From: Chrysemys picta bellii | Taxonomy: Eukaryota | Direction of reading: 5' to 3' | Length of the DNA stretch: 64,000 nucleotides | Assembly: GCF_011386835.1 (NCBI RefSeq) | Contig: NC_088795.1 | Coordinates: 45,508,001-45,572,000, forward strand | In this document: positions 53,778 through 64,000 of the stretch, piece after piece | Layout: every line of letters begins with the position of its first letter | Position numbering within the stretch: position 1 is the first letter of the stretch | Notes under the pieces: generated by a model | Database searches by the model: none | Seen by the model: the letters and a program-made list of their open reading frames with translations, nothing else | What the model was told of the DNA's origin: nothing | Position numbers and translations under genes: made by a program

Positions 53778-55279
53778 TTAAAAACACTGACATCCTGTTC
53801 CATAGAGAGAGTAACTCAGCTGATCGTGGAAACCACACCTTGCCTTTATGCATCTGGATTAAAAAGATGTCATTTGCTAATAAATTATAATATCTCCTTA
53901 AATTAATAGACAATTAGAAACCCAGATTGATTGTACTTTGAAGTTCACTTACAAATGACAGAATTGTACCATGCCCCATGGGACAACCCCACCAAGATAA
54001 CTATGATCTATCCCTGGCTAGACCCGGGTTCCAGTTATCTCGACATTCTCAACAGTATATTTACAGCAGTGGAGCTTTCCAGAAGAGATCAGATTGGAGC
54101 AACCTGTGAGTTCAATAAATAACACTCCTTTCTGAGAAAGTATTCCCCCAGAATCAACACTCTTAATATAAACCTTGTGCACACAAAGAGAGAACAACAA
54201 ATTTTTCTGTGGCCTTTCATGGTCCTTAATTTTCTCCAGCCCTTAAGTACTAGGGTGATAGGTACTATGTAAATCCCTAAGACCAAGAATATATATAATG
54301 ATAATTTAGTTCCTAGGCCATGTCTTGAAAAGCAGCAGATAGACTATGAAAATATATCAAAACGTTTTCCTTTTATTTCCTAGCATGTGTGAATAAACCT
54401 ATTTTTGAAATACGGCAAAAAGTCAGATGGGAGCGTCTTTTTTGCTGATTATTAGGCCAGAGATGTCACAGAAAGAGATGACAGCAAATGTTCACTGACT
54501 GCAGTTTTCTTGGGACTCTTCACAACCTTTGTTATGAATAAACAAAATGTGTGATCCAGAGATTTATGCAACACTGGAATTCACAAAAAGCAGGTCTGAA
54601 ATATTGTCAGAGGCAGCCAAAGAGTATTCAAGAGTCCTAGGATGCCAACATACACTGAGACAGGAACTTCTTTTTAGCAGTTTTTACTGAAGGTACCAGA
54701 GTTGCCAAAAGAAATTAAATTAAATAGCCAAACGTATCTGAAAATAGTCAAAAAAATTGCCCAGTTTATCACAATTTCATTTACATTTGTTTTTATTGTA
54801 CATTAAGAGGTCAGTTTGTACTGGATCCATTTTTGTATTTCCATCCATTTTTAATAAAGTTTCTTTTTACCTCATTAGAGCACATAGGAATAATAATTGG
54901 GTCTGGTGGAAGAGTGGGATCATCAAGGGGATTTTGGAACCCTGGCTCCCTGCTGCATCAAGCAGCATCTCATCCCACAAAGTATAACAGCATTTACTGG
55001 TCTGTAGTTTTCTGTCATCACCACAGTCATTGACATGTATTACCCCATATAAAATATTTCCAGCACAAATTGGACTTTAATATTCTCTGCCTGTGAGTGC
55101 TTGCCTGTGCAATGTTAATATTACCTTTTTACAAGCACTTATACAAGTAGCTAACAATACCTTGAATGTTCCTGGGGAGCTAATACAACAGGAGCAGGAG
55201 AACAGCTGAAGATAAAAATAATTCATTTTTCGATTCACGCGAATGCTCACAGCAGTGTCTTCTCCAGTATTCATGCAGC

Positions 55280-57000
55280 TATTTATGCTGCTCCTTCTTC
55301 TCTTTCTGTTCTACCCACCCATGGTGGAGAGGGGATAGCCTATCCACACAAACCACCAGAGATACTACAACTAATGCTGCCCCTGTCTCACGGCTGCCTG
55401 TCCTCCCCTCAAATACAGCCACCTGATGAGGTAGCGCTGGAGACAAACACATTATAATGGAGTCTCCCATCAAGTTTGATGGGGGAGCTACAGTCACTTA
55501 TTGTGGGTCCTGACGTGAGACTAAAAACCAATTTCATACCTGCAAACCCAACTGCAAGTGCCACAGGTGAAGACAGTTGTAGATGAATGTGCATTGCTTT
55601 TAGTTTTATACCTCACTCGTCTTTCCTTAATTGCAGCAATCTGTGAGCTCTCAAAATCTTTCAGTGCAAGGTGGCAAAGCTGCTGCCATTGGATTTCATC
55701 ATGGGCTAAGAGCTCCCAGGTGGTGAGGCCAATAATGCAAGATTGGAGTTTGACCTTAATAGTGTCTTTGTAACATTTTCTTGGTCTGCTGCTAAAATAA
55801 GTTCTAGTTCATAATTCTGCATAAAAGATGGCCTTCAATATTCTATTGTCAGACATATGGACAACATGACCAAACAATCTCAGCTGTGCTCTCACTATAA
55901 AAGCTTCAATGCCTTTGATGTTGCAGCACTCAAAGACCTCACTGTTTGGAACCAAATCTTGCCATGTAATTCCCATTATCCATGGTAGACATCATAGGTG
56001 GAATTGGTCCAAGTGTTTTATGTGGCACTTATAAGTAGTCTACATATCTCAGTCTGCTGAAGGCATCACTGGCTGTACCAATAAGCTTAGAATGTCATCA
56101 TCAATCATTGCATCTCGAGAAACAAAACTGCCTAGGTACCAAAATTTGTCAGCGACCTTGAGTGGTACATCATTGATGGACACAACTGGAGTACTTCCCA
56201 GTCGAGGCTGGACTATGACTTCTGTCTTCTTTAAGCTGATTAAGTCAGAACATCATGCACAAAGCAGTCAGTGAGCAACTGAATGTTCCTGAGCTTATGG
56301 GCCACTAAAACACAATCAGCAAGCAGTAATTCGTGACTTAATGTCTTCATAACTTTTGTCTTTGCAAGCAGGTGATGCAGATACAAGATACCTCTATGCT
56401 AGAGTGATCAGATGTCCCGATTTTATAGGGACAGTCCCGATTTTTGGGTCTTTTTCTTATATAGGCTCCTATTACCCCCCCCCACCTCTGTCCTGATTTT
56501 TCACACTTGCTGTCTGGTCACCATACTCTATGCATACAGTACTGCATACAAATACCACAATGTCTCTGAATGCCTCTATTAGAACAGCTGCAAACATGAT
56601 TCTAAATAATGTGGGAGCAAGAACACAGCCTCCATTGGTGACAACAAAGGGAGCGGAGTAGTAGTCTTGGTCAAAGACATGAAAAGACTTAAACGTTGAC
56701 AAACTTAAAAAGGCAACTGAACTTGTGGCGAACTATTCACAGGCCATCTCAATTTACAGACTCAAGGGCCTTAGTAAGATCAACAGAAACTTCATACATG
56801 TCTTGATTCTGCTCACGACATTTCTCCTGAACTTGCCAGAGTGCAAAGATCATGTCTGAAGTGCTGGACCAAGGACAGAAGCCACATTGGCTTTCAGGCG
56901 GTATCTTTCTTGGACCACCTCAACCATGCTTGTTGTCTAGTCTCTACCCTTTGACTTGTCCAGCTGGGGTGCCCTACCCAACAGACTCATAATGGGGTGG
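55280..57000 (-). mobile_element. RTE-clade LINE remnant
   Basis: Minus strand shows FVDLTKALE-like, GCVLAPTLFRIMFAAVL (ORF 56472-56702) and FWYLGSFVSRD-like RT blocks with stops and frameshifts. Confidence 0.8.
56400..56525. mobile_element. hAT MITE nested in the RTE
   Basis: TAGAGTGATCAGA / TCTGGTCACCATA termini; perfect 8-bp TSD CTCTATGC (56392-56399, 56526-56533). Confidence 0.9.
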
Positions 57001-57430
57001 CAACTCTTGCTGCTGCTACTGACAGCAACTGCAATGGAATGCTAAGCTTTATTATACACTTCAGCCATTAGGAGGCAGTGTGTGTAAAATACCTTCTTTA
57101 AGCTAACTTCAACCATACTTCTCAGAGCACTAAAGGATCTTTAGTGAACATGTCTGTTGTATCTCTCTCCGAGAAGGAAGCTCTGTAGCCAGTCCATATT
57201 TGGTACAGGAGCCTCACCTGCTAGTAGGAGCCCTGCAGCCTACCATATATAAGAAGTACATGGCAGCAACATTTACAAAACACTCAGTGTCACTACACCT
57301 TCCCTATCCCTCTTGCAAGTTTAGGAAACATGATATTTTTCCTCCAAATTGTGGCTCTGTAGAAAAGAATCGCTTTTTCCAGCCAATCTTACCAAATCTT
57401 TTTTCCAACTCCTAGGGAAGAGTCCTGTAT

Positions 57431-59405
57431 CACTGCTCTACAGCCAAAATGCTTCTGAAATAAATGTAGTCAAACTTTACTAATTCTGGGTCACTGAGAA
57501 CGAAAATGATGCTTAAAATTGTTGATTGGCTCTAGTTTTCAAGATATGCTATTGGGTCAGTATATATGACCCTTGACTTGGGAATGGCGGTGGATACGTG
57601 AGTTATAAAGGGAAAGGGATCTCAATTTAAACCAGAAATGACTAAAATACATCTTTGACTGGATCTATGAATAAATCTATGACTGGGTTTGAACAGTACT
57701 TGCTTTTTAGGCAAAACAATGAATGATGCAATCTGAAGCTGGTATTGCATCATACATGATATGAATTGCATCATGTTATTCCTAGAAGTCATGGATCATG
57801 CAATCATAACGAAGCTTATATGACTCTGCTGAACAAATTGCCCTATATCAGCTCTAGAAATCATACAGTGTCGTGCTCTCTTATTTGAGCCACATAACAC
57901 AAGATGAACTGAATGACCTTGTCAGGGATTTGGAACTACCCAAGAGTAAGGCAGAGCTGTTGGGCTCCAGACTACAGCAGTGGAATCTCCTGGCAGGTGA
58001 TGTTAGGGTTTGCATGTTCCATGACCGTCAAAAGGATCTTGTCCCATTCTTCTTCACGGAAGGTGATCTTGTAGCCTGCAACAACATCGATGGTGTGATG
58101 GCAGCCCTCAACATCGTTCACAATCCAGATGAGTGGAGACTGTTCATTGATTCATCGAAGACGAGTCTTAAAGCTGTTTTACTGCATAATGGCAATGTTT
58201 TGCCATCAATTCCAGTTGGTCATGCAGTCCATATGAAGGAAACCTATGACAACATGAAACAACTTTTGAGGTGCATAAACTATGACCAACATCAGTGGCA
58301 GCTTTGTGGCAATTTGAAGGTTGTTGCTCTCTTGCTTGGTCTGCAGACTGGATACACAAAGTACTGCTGTTTTCTCTGCGAATGGGATAGTCGTGCAAGA
58401 GAGTCCCACTACATCAAGAAAGATTGGCCACTCCGACAGTCATTGGAGCCTGGGAGGAAAAGTCTTCAGCATCCACCACTTGTTGAATCAAGGAAGATTT
58501 TGTTACCACCCTTACACATCAAGCTGGGCCTGATGAAGAACTTTGTCAAGGCCATTGACAAAACACAAGCAGCTTTCAAGTACCTCCGTGGAAAATTTCC
58601 AAGGTTAAGTGAAGCTAAGATAAAGGAAGGTGTCTTTGTTGGTCCTCAGATTCGTGAACTTCTTCGAGATGATGCATTTGACCATGCACTGCGTGGCAAG
58701 GAAAAGACGGCATGGAAAGCCTTCCAGTTGGTGGCAATAAATTTTCTCGGAAACAACAAGGCAGACAACTACAGGTTGTTGGTGGAAAACCTCCTCAAGG
58801 CATACAAAAGCCTTGGTTGCAACATGTCACTAAAGATACATTTTTTGCACTCTCATCTAGATTTCTTTCCACCGAACTGCGGAGCAGTGAGCGACGAGCA
58901 CGGCGAGCGATTTCACAAGGACATTGCAACAATGGAGAAATGCTATCAGGGCAAATGGAGCCCATCAATGCTTGCAGACTATTGCTGGACAGTGACAAGA
59001 GATGCTCCATTTAATGAATAGAAGAGACAAGCCAAGAAGCACCGAGTAGACACTGAATAGGACTAAACTATGTACATAATAGTTTTTTGCCTTTTGTTTC
59101 ATAATAAAGTTTATTTATATAACCCTTTTGCTGATTTTTAAAGTGTTACATAAACAGGAAAGGTGAAATATTATCATGTAAAGCAACCAGAAACACATGA
59201 AAAGATCTAGGTTTACAATTTATGATTAAAACTCTACTATCTACACAATATACATAGACATAAAATGTAAAAACTTAAATATCTTAGAAACAGTAGCCAA
59301 TCCATTGTTTTAATTGTCATATTTGAATTCAGCACATCAAAATACATAATAAATAGCACATTTTATCTCTGAAGCAGACGACTTCTCAAAAATTGTAGAC
59401 CAGTG
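57431..59405 (+). mobile_element. Chapaev3 (CMC superfamily) DNA transposon, internally deleted
   Basis: TIRs CACTGCTCTACA / TGTAGACCAGTG; 3-bp TSD TAT on both sides; transposase ORF inside. Confidence 0.88.
57873..59021 (+). CDS. Chapaev3 transposase, N-terminally deleted (probably non-functional)
   Basis: 382 open codons with WRLFIDSS, GYTKYCCFLCEWDSR, LPPLHIKLGLMK, HSHLDFFP and EHGERFH motifs; no true start codon or N-terminal Zn domain. Confidence 0.85.
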   Translation: MLSYLSHITQDELNDLVRDLELPKSKAELLGSRLQQWNLLAGDVRVCMFHDRQKDLVPFFFTEGDLVACNNIDGVMAALNIVHNPDEWRLFIDSSKTSLKAVLLHNGNVLPSIPVGHAVHMKETYDNMKQLLRCINYDQHQWQLCGNLKVVALLLGLQTGYTKYCCFLCEWDSRARESHYIKKDWPLRQSLEPGRKSLQHPPLVESRKILLPPLHIKLGLMKNFVKAIDKTQAAFKYLRGKFPRLSEAKIKEGVFVGPQIRELLRDDAFDHALRGKEKTAWKAFQLVAINFLGNNKADNYRLLVENLLKAYKSLGCNMSLKIHFLHSHLDFFPPNCGAVSDEHGERFHKDIATMEKCYQGKWSPSMLADYCWTVTRDAPFNE

Positions 59406-59894
59406 TATCAGTTCAATAAGAACAAGTTACTCCCAAGCTTTCTCTCGTTATACTCTACTTCCCCTCCTTTTATGTGGGAATTAGTATCTAAACCCTGACA
59501 TATTGTCATAACTGGATTCCTCTGCAATTCGTGCAGTGTGGACTGACCCCCATTTCTCACCTGCCCACAGACAGATTTTTGACATTCTTTCTCCTAGTCA
59601 GTGAATGGAATATTGCACAAGGTAGGGTACAGTTTGGTTTTATCTGAACATTGCTTTTCTATATTCAATGTGGAATAAGACCACCACAGATCAGCATGTA
59701 GACCATCATGAAAAACTTGTCAGAAAAAAATCCTCATCCAGTAAGTGAATAGTTGTATCATGGAAATTCTGATAGTCACACCAAGAGCTGAAAGTGACAG
59801 GAAATTCTCAACTCGATTGGATAGGATTTTCTTAAGTGCTTAATGCACCATACCTACTTAGTAGAGTACTCTGTCCCTCTGTAGTGGTGGCTGG

Positions 59895-59960
59895 GTCTTC
59901 TAGCCCAAGCAGTAGAGTCTCATGCTTTTAGAATCAAAGGGCCCAAATTCAACCCCCACT
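59895..59960 (+). mobile_element. tRNA-derived SINE head fragment
   Basis: ctagcccaagcagtagagtctcatgcttttag...gggcccaaattcaacccc resembles a tRNA-like A-box/B-box head. Confidence 0.45.
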
Positions 59961-60127
59961 TCCAACAAACCATTCAGTGGCACAGTGCTATACCTGAGTT
60001 AGGAACAAATGTCTCACTGAATTTCCGTATGGCTTGTGCTTCTAACATCAGTGTACCTACCCTTTTCACTGATCTTTTCATTGCAAGACCTCACTGTCTC
60101 CTACCTCAGACTCCCCAGAGATACTTA

Positions 60128-60421
60128 GGATATGTCTCCATAGCAGCGGTGAGCATGCTTCCCAGCGCAGGTAGACAGACATGCACTAGCTCTGTTCCAG
60201 CCAGCACACTGAAAATAACAGTATGGCTGCAGCAGCACAGTTGGCAACTCTGGCTAGGCACCCAAGTACAAACTGACCACACACATGGGTGGCTAGCCCA
60301 ATACAGTGCCAGTGCTGCTGCAGCCAACAGCTACTTTCAGCATGCTAGCTCGAGCACAGCTGGCATACATCTGTCCACCCAAGATGGCAAGCACATTACC
60401 AGCTGCTGTGTAGACTTACCA
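60128..60421. mobile_element. Harbinger MITE
   Basis: GGATATGTCTCCATAGCAGC / GCTGCTGTGTAGACTTACCA termini; TTA on both sides. Confidence 0.8.
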
Positions 60422-60424
60422 TTA

Positions 60425-60695
60425 GGGTATGTCGACACGGCAATTAAAAACCCATGGCTGGCCCATGCCGCCGGGCTCGGGGTAAGGGGCTGTTTAATTG
60501 TGGTATCGACATTTGGGCTCAGGCTGGAGCCCAAGCTCTAGGACCATACGAGGTGGGAGGATCCATGAGCTCAGGCTCCAGTCCGAGCCTGAACGTCTAC
60601 ACAGCAATTAAACAGCCCCTTAGCCCGACACCCATGAGCCCAAGTCAGCTGGCACAGGCCAGCTATGGGTGCCTAACTGCAGTGTAGACATACCT
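60425..60695. mobile_element. Harbinger MITE, adjacent to the previous one
   Basis: GGGTATGTCGACAC / GTGTAGACATACCT termini; TTA on the left, ATA on the right. Confidence 0.82.
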
Positions 60696-63085
60696 ATAGA
60701 GACAATGAAAAGGAGTCAAGCCATACACGGCTGATGTATAGTCCTGGCCCAAAACCTCCAATCAACTCTCAGAGAAGCCATTAAAATTTACAATTGAAAC
60801 CATTGCACCAACCAGACAGCCAAAAACCTCATGTAGCATTAAAAAAAGCTCCCCAAATGACTATCCATGGCCCCTGAAAATCAACCACAGCTGTTGCTGA
60901 AAACTAGTCCAATTCCACAGGAAACCCACAGAACTGGCAACTTTAAAAACAACAGCAAGTTTCCCCAAACAACTTTTAATCATGTACTGGTCCAAAGCAG
61001 ATGCATCATCTATTTTTGAAAAACCTCATGATAGTTGACTAAGTGTGGCCTTTTCCACTGTCAATCACAGTCCTCTCCAGCACAAAATGGCCAAACACTA
61101 AGCTATCAAAAATTTCCAATATACATTATAAAAATACTTATAGGAAAAAAATATTTCAATACATTTTAGTTTATGTAATCATGGAACAGAGGGACAGCAG
61201 TTTATATGCAAATATTTATCTCTTTCCCAAACACTATGGACACCAAATTCTGAACCAATTGAAGCCTTATATAACCCTATTGACTTCAGCACAGTCAAAC
61301 AGATGTACTGCAAGTCAGCACAGAAGTTGAACCTGTGACTGTAATCTTGAAACCGCAACAATCTGAGAGGAAAATAAAGGCTATCATTCAGATTTGGGGC
61401 TGCATTGTTACTAATTTGCACTGTACTGCTGGCAAGAAGTGGTTCTGCAGCCCTCACATCAGCCTGCCTGCCTGCTGGCATGAAGTGGTTCTGGGATCAT
61501 CCTAGTATACGTGGGTCATCTAGCAACTATAGTAGCTTAGAGCAGCATGGTAACTCCTATACCGCCCATTCTCCCTGCTGCCTTTGCAAAAAAGGCCAGA
61601 GGAAAGGGAAAATAGCTAGGACTTCTCTCCCCTCCACTGATTCCCACTTATTAGCCCCATATTATCGCCTTGGAGCTGTTAGCAGCTAGCCCAAGTCAGA
61701 GCAGCCTTTAGGCTCGTCTAACTTATGCCAAATGAATGGATTGTTGCACAGCTATGATAGACATCACCTTTGAAAATCTCCCCCTCTAAATATCCCTCCA
61801 GGGACCTCAATTGGTCATACTTGAAACTGGCCAATTGCCTTAGCTAAAGAGCCCAGGACATACAGATGGGAAAACCAGAGAAAGTAAGACGTCACAAATT
61901 CTCACACGTCAGCAAAAAAGTTCAGAGTTATCACAGTAAGATCTGCAACATGTATGTGCAAGGAACAAGCAGAGTGGGAATTCAACCTGAGAGGACGTGC
62001 CCTAATTACTTGTAGCGATCCACGAGCAATGGATTTCTCTGACAGGAGACTTTTGTCTTGAATGTTCAGTTTTGCCTACTCACCAATTTGTTGAAGATAT
62101 TGATTAATCACTTTGAAGAAAGAAAAAAATATATCATTGGATTTTGCCTAGCTCCAATTCAAACACAGTCAACTATCTTGAGAATCCTAAAGGGACAAAT
62201 TTCACATACACAGTTCATATCTGACAAACTGGAGTTAGGCCATCTCATCAGACAAGATGTGCTTCACAAATAAAAGGGGTACCTAACCCTTACATTAAAA
62301 AATGTGTGGCTGTAGTTAGACTCTCAGGTAGTTTAGCTCTATTACCACCTCTGATTATTTGATAACCCATTTGGTGCAGGTACTTGCCCCAAATACTGTC
62401 AGATGGACTGGGACTACAGATAAATGGGCCAAAAATTCATAATCAACTGGAGCACTATTTGCAATACCTACTATAACAAGATCTTCATTTGTTCTTAAAT
62501 CCAGATGTTACAGCACACAATAGCAACTACTGGACTATGACACGTGTGTATATATACTGGATGGACTTTCTAAACATGGTGCTGGATATGCTGCCTCATT
62601 AGAGTAAACTCATTCCCCATGCTCCAGGGCTGTTTGCAATTCCAGTGCTTGAGAAATTACCTCATTGATAGATATCGCCAGACATCCTTCCATTTTTAGT
62701 TTAAGAAGGTTTGCCAGTTGTTTATGGGATTAATAAATATTAACAGGAATGGTTGCTTCATGCCTCCCTTATGGCCAAAAACATTAATGCAAAAGTTGAA
62801 ACCCCGCTTTACTCCATGAGTCAGTGATAGGCATACCTGTGTGAATGATTTTGCTCTAATGGATAGACTGGCATTGAAACTAATTGATAACGGATGACTC
62901 ATGATATATGGTCTGCTTTTCTGGTTCCCTATATTTAATAATCAAAGTCTATTTATATTTTACATATACATTCTCATTATTTGTACGTAGCATATTCCAC
63001 TTGGTTTATTTTTCCAGACTTTCTTTGTTCTTCACATACTTTACTTTATTCTTCTGACAATCAATAAAATAGTTAAACAATTTAA

Positions 63086-63137
63086 CAGAGAAACAAGGTG
63101 GGTGAGATTACATCTTTTATTGGACCAATTTCTGTTG
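63086..63137. mobile_element. Penelope-like terminal fragment (another family)
   Basis: gaaacaaggtgggtgag.t.a.atcttttattggaccaa.ttctgttg, recalled as a turtle Penelope terminal repeat. Confidence 0.45.
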
Positions 63138-64000
63138 AACAAACAGTCATGTATATTAAGTCCCACCAATTCTTTCAAAATAAATATTATCAAAAATACA
63201 TCCAGCATGAAAAAGGAGAAAATAAAGTATAGCAATAGCCCAAATTCATCACTGCTGTAACTTCATTGCACTTTTGAAAGAGTGACAGCAGAGTCTCATT
63301 TAGCCAATTAAGTGTTAGAGCTAAAAAAAAGATCATTTTAATAAATGTATACTGATTTAGTGCATTTTAAAAATATAAATTAACTCTGGAATCATTTCAA
63401 AAATAGCAAGGTAAATTCATCCCTGATGTAACTCTAGTGTGGGTCATGAAGTTAAAACTGGGATGATATTGACCCTGTGTTTTTGTAATGGGAGTACTTA
63501 ACTTTATTATTGGCAAAGTTGGTGTGCAATCATTCCTAGAGTTGTTTCCAGGTGGTTTTAAATAAGCTGGGCTCAAATACAGTATTTTAGACACAATAAT
63601 GAAGCACATTTTATGATTTTTTTTGCATTGAAGTTACATACATAAAGCAGGGATGGGTGAAAGGTTCAGACAAAATAAGATACCTCTCCTGGTTTTGACT
63701 GGAACCAGAGATATAAACCAGGCAGATCCCTATCTGAATTGTGTCCTCAGTGCTTAGTAATGATTTAACACTGAAGACCTGAGTCAGTATAAAGATTGGG
63801 CCCAACCTACTCCCACTGAATCAATGGCAAAACTCACAGTGACTTGAACAGGATCAGAATCAGGTCATTCTGTATAGCCTCTGACATGTAGAGGCCACAA
63901 AAAAACAATTTAAACAAAACACATGAGGCAATGGCGTGCTTGGTGCACAAAATTACGTAAACATTTGATGTAAAATTTATAAATCAATACAAAGCAGCAA

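Noticed and set aside
53953-54131. AG/GT-bounded minus-strand segment with a C2-domain-like GVLFIELTGCSNL
   Set aside because: All three frames hit stops before the donor
57320-57385. DIFPPNCGSV peptide resembling DFFPPNCGAV of the adjacent transposase
   Set aside because: Only about 10 codons, outside the TIR, with no extended homology; probably chance
62480-62700. VYILDGLSKHGAGYA, RNase H-like motif
   Set aside because: Too short and interrupted by stops to support a call
1-64000. CRISPR arrays, rRNA or tRNA genes, operons, a host protein-coding gene
   Set aside because: Vertebrate repeat-rich DNA; none seen. The tRNA-like sequences are SINE heads or a PBS

Overview
Vertebrate, non-prokaryotic DNA. 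The repeat landscape is typical of a turtle (Testudines; lineage recognised from repeat families, not proven). It is an AT-rich, transposon-dense intergenic or deep-intronic window, and I cannot identify a host protein-coding gene. Retroelements: two near-identical young CR1 LINEs in opposite orientation with open RT frames, degraded RTE and L2 LINEs, CORE/MIR-like SINEs, several solo or partial Gypsy LTRs, and a truncated Gmr1-type Gypsy element whose gag carries a SCAN domain, with a tRNA-Pro primer-binding site. DNA transposons: an internally deleted Chapaev3 element with a 382-codon open transposase frame, many hAT MITEs with 8-bp TSDs (one carrying two nested MITEs), and Harbinger MITEs. 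The most notable signal is two Penelope-derived fold-back elements with 11-12 bp TSDs that carry minimal hammerhead-ribozyme motifs on both strands. Family names come from memory of consensus motifs; no database search was run.
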